DNA of 64,000 nt from Candidatus Dormiibacterota bacterium. GTDB taxonomy: Bacteria; Chloroflexota; Dormibacteria; Aeolococcales; Aeolococcaceae. The notes beneath the pieces were generated by a model that saw only the letters and a list, made by a program, of their open reading frames with translations, was not told where the DNA came from and searched no databases. Both the position numbers and the translations under genes were made by a program. The first letter of the stretch is position 1; each line of letters starts with the position of its first letter. The stretch spans positions 736,001 through 800,000 of the forward strand of contig OY970355.1 in NCBI GenBank assembly GCA_963718525.1, read 5' to 3'. Below are positions 39,965 to 49,112 of this stretch, piece after piece.

Positions 39965-40492
39965 CTACCGCGCTCCGGCGCCGACCTTGCCGAGCATCTC
40001 AAGGGCCGCTTTCGAGAACGCCTCGAGGTCACCCGGCTGCCGGGATGTGACCAGGTTGCCGTCGACGACGACCTCCTTGTCGACGACGTTGGCTCCAGCC
40101 GCCCTGAGATCCACCTGGATCGTCTTCCAAGCGGTCATCGTCCGTCCCTCGACCACGCCCGCTGTGAGCAGCAGCTGGGGGCCGTGACAGACTGCGAAAA
40201 CAGGTCGCTCGCGATCAAAGAAGGCCTTCGTGAACGCGACCATGCGCTGGTCGGCGCGCAGGTGATCCGGGGAATATCCACCCGGGATGAAGAGCGCGTC
40301 AAACTCGTCTGGGGACACCTCGTTGATGCTTCGGTCGACGCGAACGACCTCCTTGCCCTGCTTGCCAGTCAGCCTGGCGTCGCGCTCGAGCCCGATCACC
40401 ACGACCTGATGCCCCGCGGCTGTGAAGGCGTCGTACGGCTTGCGGAATTCGGAATCCTCAAAATCGTTGTCGAGCAGGCAGGCAATTCTCAT
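39965..40492 (-). CDS. DJ-1/PfpI family protein
   Basis: FEDSE, LFIPGGYSPD.LR, AVCHGPQLL and DGNLVTSR.P.DL motifs. Confidence 0.93.
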   Translation of the reverse strand: MRIACLLDNDFEDSEFRKPYDAFTAAGHQVVVIGLERDARLTGKQGKEVVRVDRSINEVSPDEFDALFIPGGYSPDHLRADQRMVAFTKAFFDRERPVFAVCHGPQLLLTAGVVEGRTMTAWKTIQVDLRAAGANVVDKEVVVDGNLVTSRQPGDLEAFSKAALEMLGKVGAGAR

Positions 40493-40578
40493 AGCCTTCT
40501 CCTCGTGTGGGTTTGGTGGATAACTCTGGGGAAAGCGTATAGCCGCAGTACCAGATTTCGTACCCAGCCCGTGGACCG

Positions 40579-41301
40579 TCAGCCGCGCCGCAGCCGGGCA
40601 CCGAGCGCGAGCGCGTTGCGGACGGCGTTGCCCGCCGTGTCGTTGTTGAAGTACACGAAGGCATCACGGTCGAGGCGGGCAAGCCGGTCTGCGTACGCGT
40701 TGATCACAGTTCGCCCGTAGTTGCCGTTCGTGCCCCGACCACCGTGGAGGCGCAGATACAGCCAGTCAGCGGTGATCCACTCGGGGTTCTGCAGCAGTCC
40801 CGCGCGGTCGGCCCACACCAGTGCGGTTCCGTGGCTACGGAGGATCTCCCTCACGCCGTCCGCGAACCAGGATGCATGCCGGAACTCGACGGCCACCTTG
40901 ACCTGATCCGGGAACGCTCTCAACGCGCCGTCGAGCCGCGCATCGTCCCTGACCAAGGTTGGGGGCAGCTGCACGACGATAGGCCCAAGGTGCTGCCCAA
41001 GCCGCACCGCACGTTCCATGAAGAGGTGCACTGGACCATCCGGGTCACGCAGGCTGCGGATGTGCGTCAGGTAGCGGCTCATCTTCACCGCGAAGAGAAA
41101 TCCGGCCGGCACCGACGCGCTCCAGGTATCGAAGTTGGCGGCTGACGGGAGCCGGTAGAAGCTGTTGTTCAGCTCGACGGTGTCGAAAATCTCGGCGTAG
41201 CGCTGCAGCCATGCGCGCTGCGGGAGGCCGTTGGGATAGAGCCCGCCTCGCCAGTCGGCGTATTGCCATCCGGATGTCCCGATGCGGATGTGCTGCGCCA
41301 C
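40579..41301 (-). CDS. DUF72 domain protein
   Basis: IGTSGWQY..W, VELNNSFYRLP, FAVK..RYLTH, EFRH.SW, YLRLHG and YFNND. Confidence 0.93.
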   Translation of the reverse strand: MAQHIRIGTSGWQYADWRGGLYPNGLPQRAWLQRYAEIFDTVELNNSFYRLPSAANFDTWSASVPAGFLFAVKMSRYLTHIRSLRDPDGPVHLFMERAVRLGQHLGPIVVQLPPTLVRDDARLDGALRAFPDQVKVAVEFRHASWFADGVREILRSHGTALVWADRAGLLQNPEWITADWLYLRLHGGRGTNGNYGRTVINAYADRLARLDRDAFVYFNNDTAGNAVRNALALGARLRRG

Positions 41302-41322
41302 CCGAGTACCCGCGACCGCCGT

Positions 41323-41658
41323 TCAGTCGAAGCGGTCGTCGTAGCCGGCCCGGTGGGGGCAGAGTTTGTCGAGCAGCGCTCCCTGCCACGTCATCAGTGC
41401 ATCGTGGAGCCTGGCGCCGGATCTCGCTGTCCAGACGGCCGCAGGTGCGGGAACGGTGATGGTGCGCGCGAGATCGGCGATCTGAGTTCGCACATCCGCG
41501 GGCACGACGCCGTCAGCCTGCAGGTTCTGAGCCTCGACTGCCTCGAGAAGGTCCTCGAAGTCCTGTAGCTGCCGAGCGCGCTCGTGGCGCTCCTCGACGA
41601 GAGTGCGCGCGCTCGCATGAGCGAGACTTCCCTCCTGAATGGCACTGGCGATACCCAT
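41323..41658 (-). CDS. Hypothetical protein
   Basis: 111-aa ORF with GAGG RBS, divergent from the hspR-like gene. Confidence 0.55.
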   Translation of the reverse strand: MGIASAIQEGSLAHASARTLVEERHERARQLQDFEDLLEAVEAQNLQADGVVPADVRTQIADLARTITVPAPAAVWTARSGARLHDALMTWQGALLDKLCPHRAGYDDRFD

Positions 41659-41839
41659 CTGGACGTGACCTCGTGGCTGTCGGTAAAGGTGATAGTGATA
41701 CTATAAGTATGCAGGCCAGGGAGTCAAGCAGCCATCTTGAGTGGACTCCGGGAGCCCAATTGGACTTTGCTTGCCCCATTCACGGTGCACGCGACTAGAA
41801 TCGAGAACATGATGATCGGGCACCACATCGACCACACCC

Positions 41840-42217
41840 TTGATCCATGCGGCAGCGCACAGGGTGTCGAACGTGGCTGTTGAGCTGTTGGCTCCGATGT
41901 CGGAGCGGATGCTCGACCTGGACAAGCCGCTGTACACGATCAGTGTCGCTGCGGAAATCCTTGCGTCGCATCCGCGCACGCTGATGATGTACGAGACCAT
42001 GGGTCTCGGCGTCCCGGCGCGCACCGCAACCAACCGGCGGCGCTATACGCAGCGCGACATCCTCACGCTGAGTGCAATTCAGCGGCTCACCCGGCAGCAC
42101 GGGCTGAACATTGCCGGCGCACGTTATGTCATCAAGTGTCTGCAACTCCTGGACGCACACGGCATTCCGCGTCCGCCCGAGCTCGCCGGCATCGACCTGG
42201 AGCACGTCCGGCTCTAA
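41840..42217 (+). CDS. MerR family regulator, HspR-like
   Basis: PLYTISVAAEILASHPRTLMMYE..G..PART.TNRRRY..D..GLNIAG; start uncertain. Confidence 0.85.
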   Translation: MIHAAAHRVSNVAVELLAPMSERMLDLDKPLYTISVAAEILASHPRTLMMYETMGLGVPARTATNRRRYTQRDILTLSAIQRLTRQHGLNIAGARYVIKCLQLLDAHGIPRPPELAGIDLEHVRL

Positions 42218-42374
42218 TCGCGACGGAAGCGGGCACGGCGAACATGCCCCTCTCGGGTTCGACGGGTATCGCGCGCGGTCGAACGGGTCTCCCCCCGATT
42301 CACGCATCGTATAGTTCAAGACCCACAGATCATGATAGCGCTCGTAGTACCATTGCCCGACCTCTACATTCGCC

Positions 42375-42668
42375 ATGCAGGGAGGGACAACGATGGGGAA
42401 ACATGATCCGGAGGCATTCCAGGAGCTCTTCGACGCGGAGCCCTCGGAGGCCTCGCAGGATGACGCCGTCGCGTGGGTGGACCTGTACCGGCGGCTGATC
42501 GCGATGATGGAACGGCAGCTCGACGAGACCCGGGCATTCGCGGCGAGCGTCCCGGACGCGGTGAGGGAATACCTCGGTCGCGAGAACATCACCATCCTCG
42601 AGGAGGAGATCGAGATCTTCCGACGCAGGCTGAGTCACTGGACGAACACCGGCAAGGGGCAGTCATGA
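42375..42668 (+). CDS. Hypothetical helical protein, paralog A
   Basis: DDAVAWVDLYRRL...FRRRLSHW; ATGA overlap with the next gene. Confidence 0.7.
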   Translation: MQGGTTMGKHDPEAFQELFDAEPSEASQDDAVAWVDLYRRLIAMMERQLDETRAFAASVPDAVREYLGRENITILEEEIEIFRRRLSHWTNTGKGQS

Positions 42669-43033
42669 CGGAGCTTCCGCCGCAGCGAGATCAGGGCAAC
42701 AACCCGGACAAGACCGCCCCGGACGCCGAGGTGGCGGCGCTCGAGCAGGTGCAGCCGGATCGGTTGCTCGAGGGTGAGGACGAGAGCACCCAGCACGTCG
42801 ACGACGCCGTCCACTGGCTCAAGGTCTACATGGAGTTACTCGAATTCAAGCGCTCCGTTCTTGCGACAGCGGAGGAGCACGTCGGCACGATGGATCCCGA
42901 CGCCGGCGCGGAGGTGCAGAAGACCGACCTCAAAGCCCTCCATGCGGAGACCCTGCGATTCGAGCGGCGCCTGGTGTACTGGCGCGGGAGGGTCGCGGCT
43001 CTGCAGGACCAGGCCGGAACGAGCAACGGCTGA
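42665..43033 (+). CDS. Hypothetical helical protein, paralog B
   Basis: LLEGED..DDAVHWLKVYMEL...FERRLVYW. Confidence 0.75.
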   Translation: MTELPPQRDQGNNPDKTAPDAEVAALEQVQPDRLLEGEDESTQHVDDAVHWLKVYMELLEFKRSVLATAEEHVGTMDPDAGAEVQKTDLKALHAETLRFERRLVYWRGRVAALQDQAGTSNG

Positions 43034-43045
43034 TTCGCCACGCCC

Positions 43046-43642
43046 TCAACTGTTCGGGAGGCCGTTCCAGCTGAGCAGCGCGGTCCAGTCGTTCTCGAAC
43101 CCGAGCGTCGACGGAGAAGCCGTCGCGAGGTGCAGGTGCTGCGCAGCCACAGCCGGGAATTCGAGCCACAGCGCCGTGAGGACGCGCAGCTGGTGGCCGT
43201 GGCCGAAAAGGAGCACGTCGCCGTCGGTTGACAGCACTCGCTGAATCACCCGTGCGGCACGGGCGGCGACGTCGTCGATCGTCTCGCCGCCGATGACGCC
43301 GTCATCAAACAGATTCCAGCCGGGTCGCTCCCGCTGAATCTCCGCGCTGGTCTGCCCTTCGTATTCGCCGTAGTCCCACTCGATGAGATCGGGATCGACC
43401 ACGGCGCGCTCGCCAAACCCGGCGAGCTCGCAGGTCTGCCTCGCGCGCTGCAGCGGGCTCACGAAGACCGCCGCGAACGCACGACCGGCGAGGCGGGCGA
43501 CCAGCGCCTGCGCCTGCCGGCGTCCCTCCGCGGTGAGCGGGAGATCGGTGCGCCCGGTGTGGCGCTTCTCCAGGCTCCATTCGGTCTCCCCGTGGCGTAC
43601 GACAACGATCCGCTGCGAGGTGTTGGGCCGGCGAGCTTCCAT
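43046..43642 (-). CDS. Histidine phosphatase family protein
   Basis: RHGETEWS..HTGRTD, SPLQRA, EWDYG.YEG and GHGH motifs. Confidence 0.93.
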   Translation of the reverse strand: MEARRPNTSQRIVVVRHGETEWSLEKRHTGRTDLPLTAEGRRQAQALVARLAGRAFAAVFVSPLQRARQTCELAGFGERAVVDPDLIEWDYGEYEGQTSAEIQRERPGWNLFDDGVIGGETIDDVAARAARVIQRVLSTDGDVLLFGHGHQLRVLTALWLEFPAVAAQHLHLATASPSTLGFENDWTALLSWNGLPNS

Positions 43643-43653
43643 GAGGCGCGACT

Positions 43654-44505
43654 CTAGCCGGAGCGCTCTGGATCCGCGGGGTCAAACTCCGGCTCGGTGC
43701 CGACGACACGCCAGAGGCGTTCAGCGACCGCGGCGGTGATCGCGTCCGGGTCCTGCGCGCGCTGGTCCACCCAGAAGTGGCAGCGCAACAGCGGTACCTC
43801 GCGGTCGAGCGTCGGCTCGAAGACGACCGCGGGCTTGGCCTCGATCCCCGGCACCTCCCCGATCGCAGCTCGTGCGCGGCGCGTCAGCTCCTCGAGATCG
43901 ACCGCCGCGGGGATCCGGACACCGACGGTGAGCCGGCGGGTGTCGTAGTGGGTCGTGTTGATCACGATCCCGGTGAACACGGTGAGGTTCGGCAGAATCG
44001 CGAGCTCGCCGACGCCGGTGCGGAGGGTCGTGGTGCGCAACGTGATGTTCTGCACGGCCCCGGTCTGATCCATGACGGTGATCGTGTCGCCGAGCCGGAA
44101 GGGCTGTTCGAGCAGCAGCCAGATTCCGGCGAGCACGTTGCGCAGCAGGTCCTGGAATGCCAGGCCGATCGCAACGGTCCCGAGACCAGCGGCTGTGAGG
44201 ATCACTGCGACGTTGACGCCGTAGACCACCAGCGCGCTGATCACTGCGACGACGTAGGTGGTGACCGTGATCAGGTTGCGGACGAGCGTCCGCACTTGCC
44301 GGTCCGCTTTGCCCCGGCGCATCGCCCAGAGCACGAGCATTCGTGTCAGACGGCCGACGAGGTAAAGGATGACGAAGATCGCGATCGCGGCGAGCAGATG
44401 CTCCACGAGCGGTCCGACAAGCCCGCTCTGATCGTGTGCCTGGATCGACCTGCAGACGAAGTCGAACCAGTTGCTCGAGTCGCACGCCTGGGCCGTGGCG
44501 ATCAT
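43654..44505 (-). CDS. mscS: Small-conductance mechanosensitive channel
   Basis: AIGLAFQDLLRNVLAG..EQPFRLGD..G.VQNITLRTT. Confidence 0.88.
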   Translation of the reverse strand: MIATAQACDSSNWFDFVCRSIQAHDQSGLVGPLVEHLLAAIAIFVILYLVGRLTRMLVLWAMRRGKADRQVRTLVRNLITVTTYVVAVISALVVYGVNVAVILTAAGLGTVAIGLAFQDLLRNVLAGIWLLLEQPFRLGDTITVMDQTGAVQNITLRTTTLRTGVGELAILPNLTVFTGIVINTTHYDTRRLTVGVRIPAAVDLEELTRRARAAIGEVPGIEAKPAVVFEPTLDREVPLLRCHFWVDQRAQDPDAITAAVAERLWRVVGTEPEFDPADPERSG

Positions 44506-45221
44506 GGTCGCGCCGTACGCGTGTCAGGCCACACGGCGAGCGGAGTCGAAGCCGAAGCCGCTAGGACGAACTCGGTGTCGTCGCCGGCGCCCTCGGCAGC
44601 CTCGGCCTCGCCCTCGGCGGGCACAGCCTCCGCCTCCTCGGCCTCGGCGGCAACGCGAACCTGCGCGACCTTGAGGACGAGCTCGTCGGGGTCGACGCCG
44701 GTTGCGAGCGTCACCCGTTCTGGAAGCGGCACCTCGGCGAGCCGGATGCCCTGGTCGATCTCGGTCAGCCCGGAGATGTCGACGTTCAGCTGGGCGGGAA
44801 TGTCTCCCGGCATGCACTCGACCTTGACCGACGTGATGATCTGCTGGAGCACGCCCAGCTTCAGCTCTGTCACCGCCGGCGATTCGCCGATCGGGATCAG
44901 CGGGATCTCAACGGTCAGCTTCTCGCGGAGGTTCACCGCGAACAGATCGACGTGCATCAGCTGGGTGGTGCGCGGATTGACCTGCAGCTCGCGGATCAGC
45001 ACCTTGCGAGCGCGCCCGCCGTCGAGCGCGAGGTCGACGAGGTGGCTGTGGCCGGCATGGTGCCAGACGCGCTGAAGGCTGCGCGCCTCGATCGAGAGCG
45101 GCATCGGCTCGACGTTGTGCCCGTAGAGGACAGCGGGCACCTCGCCACGGCGCCTGACGGCGTGGACGTGACGGCCTGTCTCCGTACGGTGGGACGCGCT
45201 GAGTTCGAGGGAAGCTGCCAT
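44502..45221 (-). CDS. rplY: 50S ribosomal protein L25 (Ctc form); true stop probably at 44561
   Basis: RRRGEVPAVLYGH, HVDL, acidic tail; an apparent +1 T at ~44570 bypasses a TAG. Confidence 0.92.
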   Translation of the reverse strand: MAASLELSASHRTETGRHVHAVRRRGEVPAVLYGHNVEPMPLSIEARSLQRVWHHAGHSHLVDLALDGGRARKVLIRELQVNPRTTQLMHVDLFAVNLREKLTVEIPLIPIGESPAVTELKLGVLQQIITSVKVECMPGDIPAQLNVDISGLTEIDQGIRLAEVPLPERVTLATGVDPDELVLKVAQVRVAAEAEEAEAVPAEGEAEAAEGAGDDTEFVLAASASTPLAVWPDTRTARP

Positions 45222-45231
45222 CTCTGCCCGG

Positions 45232-45819
45232 TTACTCTACCGGCTCGGCAGTCGCTGCCGAATTCACAGCTGCGGCGATCGCCTCCAGGGCAGCATCGAC
45301 GGTGCCATCTCCGCGGGCGGGTTTCGCATCGGGGTCGGCCGACGCGGGGGTCTCCGGCCAGGCTGCTGAGGCCGCCGCGATGAGCCGCCTGGCGGCCGTC
45401 GGGCTCCCGTCGGGGAGGACGAAGTATGGCCACGCCACGTCGGACACCTCCTCGCCATCGCCGGGTGCAGCGAGGATCTCGAGCGCCCGGTCCAGCGCCG
45501 CGCGACGGACGTCGGTGGCACCCGCCTCGACCTCGGCATGCACGGCATCGTGGAGGCGCAGCGACGTTGCGGCGATGTCGGTCTCGCGGCGGCGCGGTGG
45601 CCCGGTCTCCTCAGCGCCGTGGAGCATGAAGATGCCCCCGTTCCAGACGGTCCGCCACGTCTCCTCGCCGTCGCCCCGGATCACCCTGCAGACCTCTTCG
45701 CCGCCGCTCACGTCCAGCCATGCCTGACGGGCGCCGTTGCCGCGCAGGAAGGTCAACCAGAGGTCCAGGCTGTCGCCGATCGGTTCGAACGCCTGCCCGT
45801 CCACCCAGACGTACGACAT
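45232..45819 (-). CDS. Hypothetical protein
   Basis: 195-aa ORF with strong GC3 bias, co-oriented with its neighbours. Confidence 0.6.
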   Translation of the reverse strand: MSYVWVDGQAFEPIGDSLDLWLTFLRGNGARQAWLDVSGGEEVCRVIRGDGEETWRTVWNGGIFMLHGAEETGPPRRRETDIAATSLRLHDAVHAEVEAGATDVRRAALDRALEILAAPGDGEEVSDVAWPYFVLPDGSPTAARRLIAAASAAWPETPASADPDAKPARGDGTVDAALEAIAAAVNSAATAEPVE

Positions 45820-45938
45820 CTTGCGGAACGCTGCGAACGCCGGGTGCCGCGGCGCCGCGTCCGCCCTCGCGTCTCCCGGGTCACTGACGAACCGCCCAGC
45901 GCGTGCCGACGCGACCGCGAGGCAGAGCAGCCCGGGGG

Positions 45939-46370
45939 TCAGGCCGCCGCCCCCGCGCCGAAACGCCCCTTGACGTAGGAGACGGCCTCGTCGAGCGAGG
46001 TGCCGGGGGTGAACACCTTGTCGACCCCGAGCTGCTCGAGCGCGGTGACGTCGGAGTCGGGGATGATCCCGCCGCCGAAGACGACGATATCGGCCGCATC
46101 GCGCTCCTTGAGGAGACGGATGATCTCCGGGAACAGGGTCATGTGCGCGCCACTGAGCAGGCTGATGCCGATCCCGTCGACGTCCTCCTGGATCGCCGCT
46201 TCGACCACCATGGCCGGCGTCTGGTGCAACCCGGTGTAGATCACCTCGACACCGGCGTCGCGGAGCGCCCGGGAGATCACCTTGACGCCGCGGTCGTGGC
46301 CGTCGAGTCCGACCTTGGCGGTGAGAATTCTGATCTTGCGTGCGGTCGCCGGAGCGGCGGTGGCGTCCAT
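45939..46370 (-). CDS. Cobalamin-binding domain protein (methylmalonyl-CoA mutase small-subunit type)
   Basis: AKVGLDGHDRG, QEDVD.IG.S.LSGAH and GGGIIP motifs. Confidence 0.93.
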   Translation of the reverse strand: MDATAAPATARKIRILTAKVGLDGHDRGVKVISRALRDAGVEVIYTGLHQTPAMVVEAAIQEDVDGIGISLLSGAHMTLFPEIIRLLKERDAADIVVFGGGIIPDSDVTALEQLGVDKVFTPGTSLDEAVSYVKGRFGAGAAA

Positions 46371-46413
46371 CTAGCTTTGATGTTAGTGCTTGGGCGGGTG
46401 AACTTCGATGCGT

Positions 46414-47160
46414 TCAGCCGCTCTGGGGCACGTCATCCGGGTCCGGCATCGCGGCGACCGCGGCTTCGGCGAGGCGGCGGGCGACGGTGAGCGCGCGATC
46501 GGCATGGGGCAGGTGGTCCCGGTCGACGCTCGCAACGGCGGCGAGGCCGTCGCGCGCGCCCACCAGCGCGCCGGCGAGGCTGGCTGCGACCGCCGTGCCG
46601 GAGGCTGCCGCGGCGAGCACATCATCGAATGGGTTCTCGGTTGCGAGTGCGCAGATCGCGCGCTGGAGGGTCAGACCAGGGTCTGGATCCGAGACGTCCA
46701 TCGGCGGGCCGCCCTCGACCACGCGGAGCCGGTCGAGCAGCGCCATCGGCGCGTCCTCGAGCAGCGATTGGCGGACGCGGATGAGCGACGTGGCGAGGTC
46801 GAATCGAAGCAGATCGGCGATCAGCAGGGCGGCCGCGACCGCGGTCACGGCGGTGCCCTCATCTGCGCCCGCCATGGCGACGCAGCGGTACGCGTCGCGG
46901 CGCAGCCGGGGCCGGTCAAGCGGGCTGAGCAGCCCGAAGGGAAGTGCGCGGAGGAGCAGGCCGGCGGCGCCCGCCCGTGACGGGCGCTCGAGCCCGCGCT
47001 GGCGCAGATCGGCGTCGTCGAAGCCGCCGCAGGCAGCCGCCGACTCGGCGACGCCGACCAGGTCGGCGGTGCCGGCCGCGGTCCCGGCAGCGTGTTCACC
47101 GGCAAGAGCGCCGATGAAGCTCGCCTCGATCCGCCCGGGGAGATCGTCGATCAGCGTCAT
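46414..47160 (-). CDS. ADP-ribosylglycohydrolase-like protein (degenerate)
   Basis: RIEASFIGALAGE, GAAGLLLRALPFGL and ASLAGALVGARDG resemble the ARH/DraG fold; acidic catalytic motifs are not evident. Confidence 0.55.
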   Translation of the reverse strand: MTLIDDLPGRIEASFIGALAGEHAAGTAAGTADLVGVAESAAACGGFDDADLRQRGLERPSRAGAAGLLLRALPFGLLSPLDRPRLRRDAYRCVAMAGADEGTAVTAVAAALLIADLLRFDLATSLIRVRQSLLEDAPMALLDRLRVVEGGPPMDVSDPDPGLTLQRAICALATENPFDDVLAAAASGTAVAASLAGALVGARDGLAAVASVDRDHLPHADRALTVARRLAEAAVAAMPDPDDVPQSG

Positions 47161-47185
47161 CAGCGGAACGCTATCCTGTCCAACG

Positions 47186-47572
47186 ATGCCGACGTCGGAA
47201 CGCGCTGCCGCCGCCGTCCGTGCGATCGCGAGCAGTGCCGTACTGCGCGCGGCCCCCGGGCTCCTCGGCCAGAGCCGCTGGCGCGGCCCGCGACCTGCCG
47301 CCGTTCGCATCGAGCGAAGCCGGGTGCACGGCGACGACGGCGTGGTTGCGGACCAGACCGCCCTGACGCTCTGGTTCGGCGAAGGCCCGTCACTCTCGGG
47401 CGTGTCCGTTCGTGGCCGAGCGACACGGGTCGCGGTGAGGACGCTCGCCGGCGTGGTCGCGACAGTGGCGATCGGCGCTGCCAGCGCGTTCGTCGCCCGC
47501 CAGGAGGCGAGCCGGCTCGGAAGTGGCCCCCGCCTCCTACTCCGCGAGCCAGGGAAGGACAGCGGGTCCTGA
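47186..47572 (+). CDS. Hypothetical membrane-associated protein
   Basis: Fills the gap divergent from the ARH-like gene; C-terminal hydrophobic helix. Confidence 0.35.
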   Translation: MPTSERAAAAVRAIASSAVLRAAPGLLGQSRWRGPRPAAVRIERSRVHGDDGVVADQTALTLWFGEGPSLSGVSVRGRATRVAVRTLAGVVATVAIGAASAFVARQEASRLGSGPRLLLREPGKDSGS

Positions 47573-48367
47573 GATCCGCGACCGGCGGGACACGGCGCGG
47601 ACATCGTGTCCATCGGTGACCACGACCTCACGCGAACAGGGATTCATCGCCTCACGCCACTCCCGGAGCACCCGGCGCTGAAACCGATCCGCTGAGGGCA
47701 GCGAGGCAGGCAGCGCGAGGACGACGCCCCGGTCGGGGACGCCGAGGAGCACGTCGCCGCCCGCGCGCTCGGTCAATGCCGCGAGCACGCGAGGCGCCAG
47801 GAGCAGGCTGCCCTGGAACAGCGCATCCGAGGCGACGCGCCACCCGTCGGCGGGAATGCGATCCGTCCGCGCGATGCGTTCGACCAGCGGATCGAAACGC
47901 TCGGCGGTGTTGGCGGTGGCGATGCGCTGCACGTCCTCGTCGGTCAGACCGGCGGACGTCCATTCGTTGCGAGGGACACCGCGCATGATCGACCCGGGAA
48001 GCTCTTCGGCGACGAATGCAGTCATGTCGGCCGCGACCGGAGCACGAAGCAGATCGCCCACACGACCGTGACTCCCGAGAAAGCGGTCGTTGCGCACACA
48101 CCAGAGCAACCGCGACATCGACAGCGTCGTCGCAGGCTGCGGAGTCAGTTGGTGTTCGACTGATGCCACGTACTCACCGATGAGTGCGGCCACCTTCTCG
48201 GGCTGGCGTTCGCACGCGTGGTGGAGCGGCGCAAGCGGCAGCATCACGTCGAGTCCCGAGCCGGTGACATGCAGCGCGAAACGCCCGGCGTCCACCTGGA
48301 CATTCGCGCTGCGATAGCGCGAGGTGAGCTGCAGGCGGATCCGCTCCGCGAAGGCAGCGCGATCCAT
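47537..48367 (-). CDS. Hypothetical protein (DUF1444/YtpQ-like)
   Basis: W..AGLT.EDV..IA.AN and SLLLAP..L.ER.GGDVLLGVPDRG pattern. Confidence 0.6.
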   Translation of the reverse strand: MDRAAFAERIRLQLTSRYRSANVQVDAGRFALHVTGSGLDVMLPLAPLHHACERQPEKVAALIGEYVASVEHQLTPQPATTLSMSRLLWCVRNDRFLGSHGRVGDLLRAPVAADMTAFVAEELPGSIMRGVPRNEWTSAGLTDEDVQRIATANTAERFDPLVERIARTDRIPADGWRVASDALFQGSLLLAPRVLAALTERAGGDVLLGVPDRGVVLALPASLPSADRFQRRVLREWREAMNPCSREVVVTDGHDVRAVSRRSRISGPAVLPWLAE

Positions 48368-48373
48368 GCGGCT

Positions 48374-49108
48374 CTACTGGGTTGCCGCGGCGAGCCGGGA
48401 TCGCAGCAGCGTGATCAGCGATTCGTCGCCGCGGTGCGTGAGCCCCTCGCCGGGGACGCGTCCCCACAGCCACAGGAACAGCTCGCCTGGGTCGCCGGAC
48501 AGCGTCGCATTGGGAGATGTCCTGCGCCCGGGAGTGACCGCGGTGCGCGTGCTCTCGAGCACCACCGACCAGGACGCATCGCCGGCAAGCACTTCGACAG
48601 TCCCCGTGCTCGGAGCAGCGGTGCCATCCTCCTCGTCCCCGGCCAGCATGACCGTCAGCACTTCGTCGATGCCATCGATAGCGAGCATGGCGTCAATCGC
48701 GCTCGGTGGCCCGAACTGCGCCTCGACGTCGACGCGATGAACGACGGTTTCCAGCGCCATGCGCCGGTACCAGAACCCGACGGTCTGGTCGGGCTCCCAC
48801 CACGACCACGCGTGATCCTTCGGCGAGTGCGCGGCGAGCTCCGCCAGCAATTTCGCATGCTCATCGCCAAACCATTCGACCGTGTCCTTGCCGTATGGCT
48901 CATCGGTGACCCACTCACCCTCGTTCGGCTCGCGCCCGAGCCGCATGGCCATGACCTTGTGGTCATACACCTTCGCCAGATGCGCGACCACCTCGCGCAC
49001 ATCCCACGGCGGACACACCGGCACAGGACGATCCAATCCACGCGGTGCCACCGCGGCAATCAGGTCGCCTTCCGCCCGAATGTGATTGAGATACCCCCTG
49101 AACTCCAC
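48374..49108 (-). CDS. Maleylpyruvate isomerase family mycothiol-dependent (MDMPI/DinB-like) protein
   Basis: VPVCPPWDVREVVAHL, FWYRRMALETVVHRVD, DGIDE and LWLWGR. Confidence 0.88.
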   Translation of the reverse strand: MEFRGYLNHIRAEGDLIAAVAPRGLDRPVPVCPPWDVREVVAHLAKVYDHKVMAMRLGREPNEGEWVTDEPYGKDTVEWFGDEHAKLLAELAAHSPKDHAWSWWEPDQTVGFWYRRMALETVVHRVDVEAQFGPPSAIDAMLAIDGIDEVLTVMLAGDEEDGTAAPSTGTVEVLAGDASWSVVLESTRTAVTPGRRTSPNATLSGDPGELFLWLWGRVPGEGLTHRGDESLITLLRSRLAAATQ

Positions 49109-49112
49109 CCGT

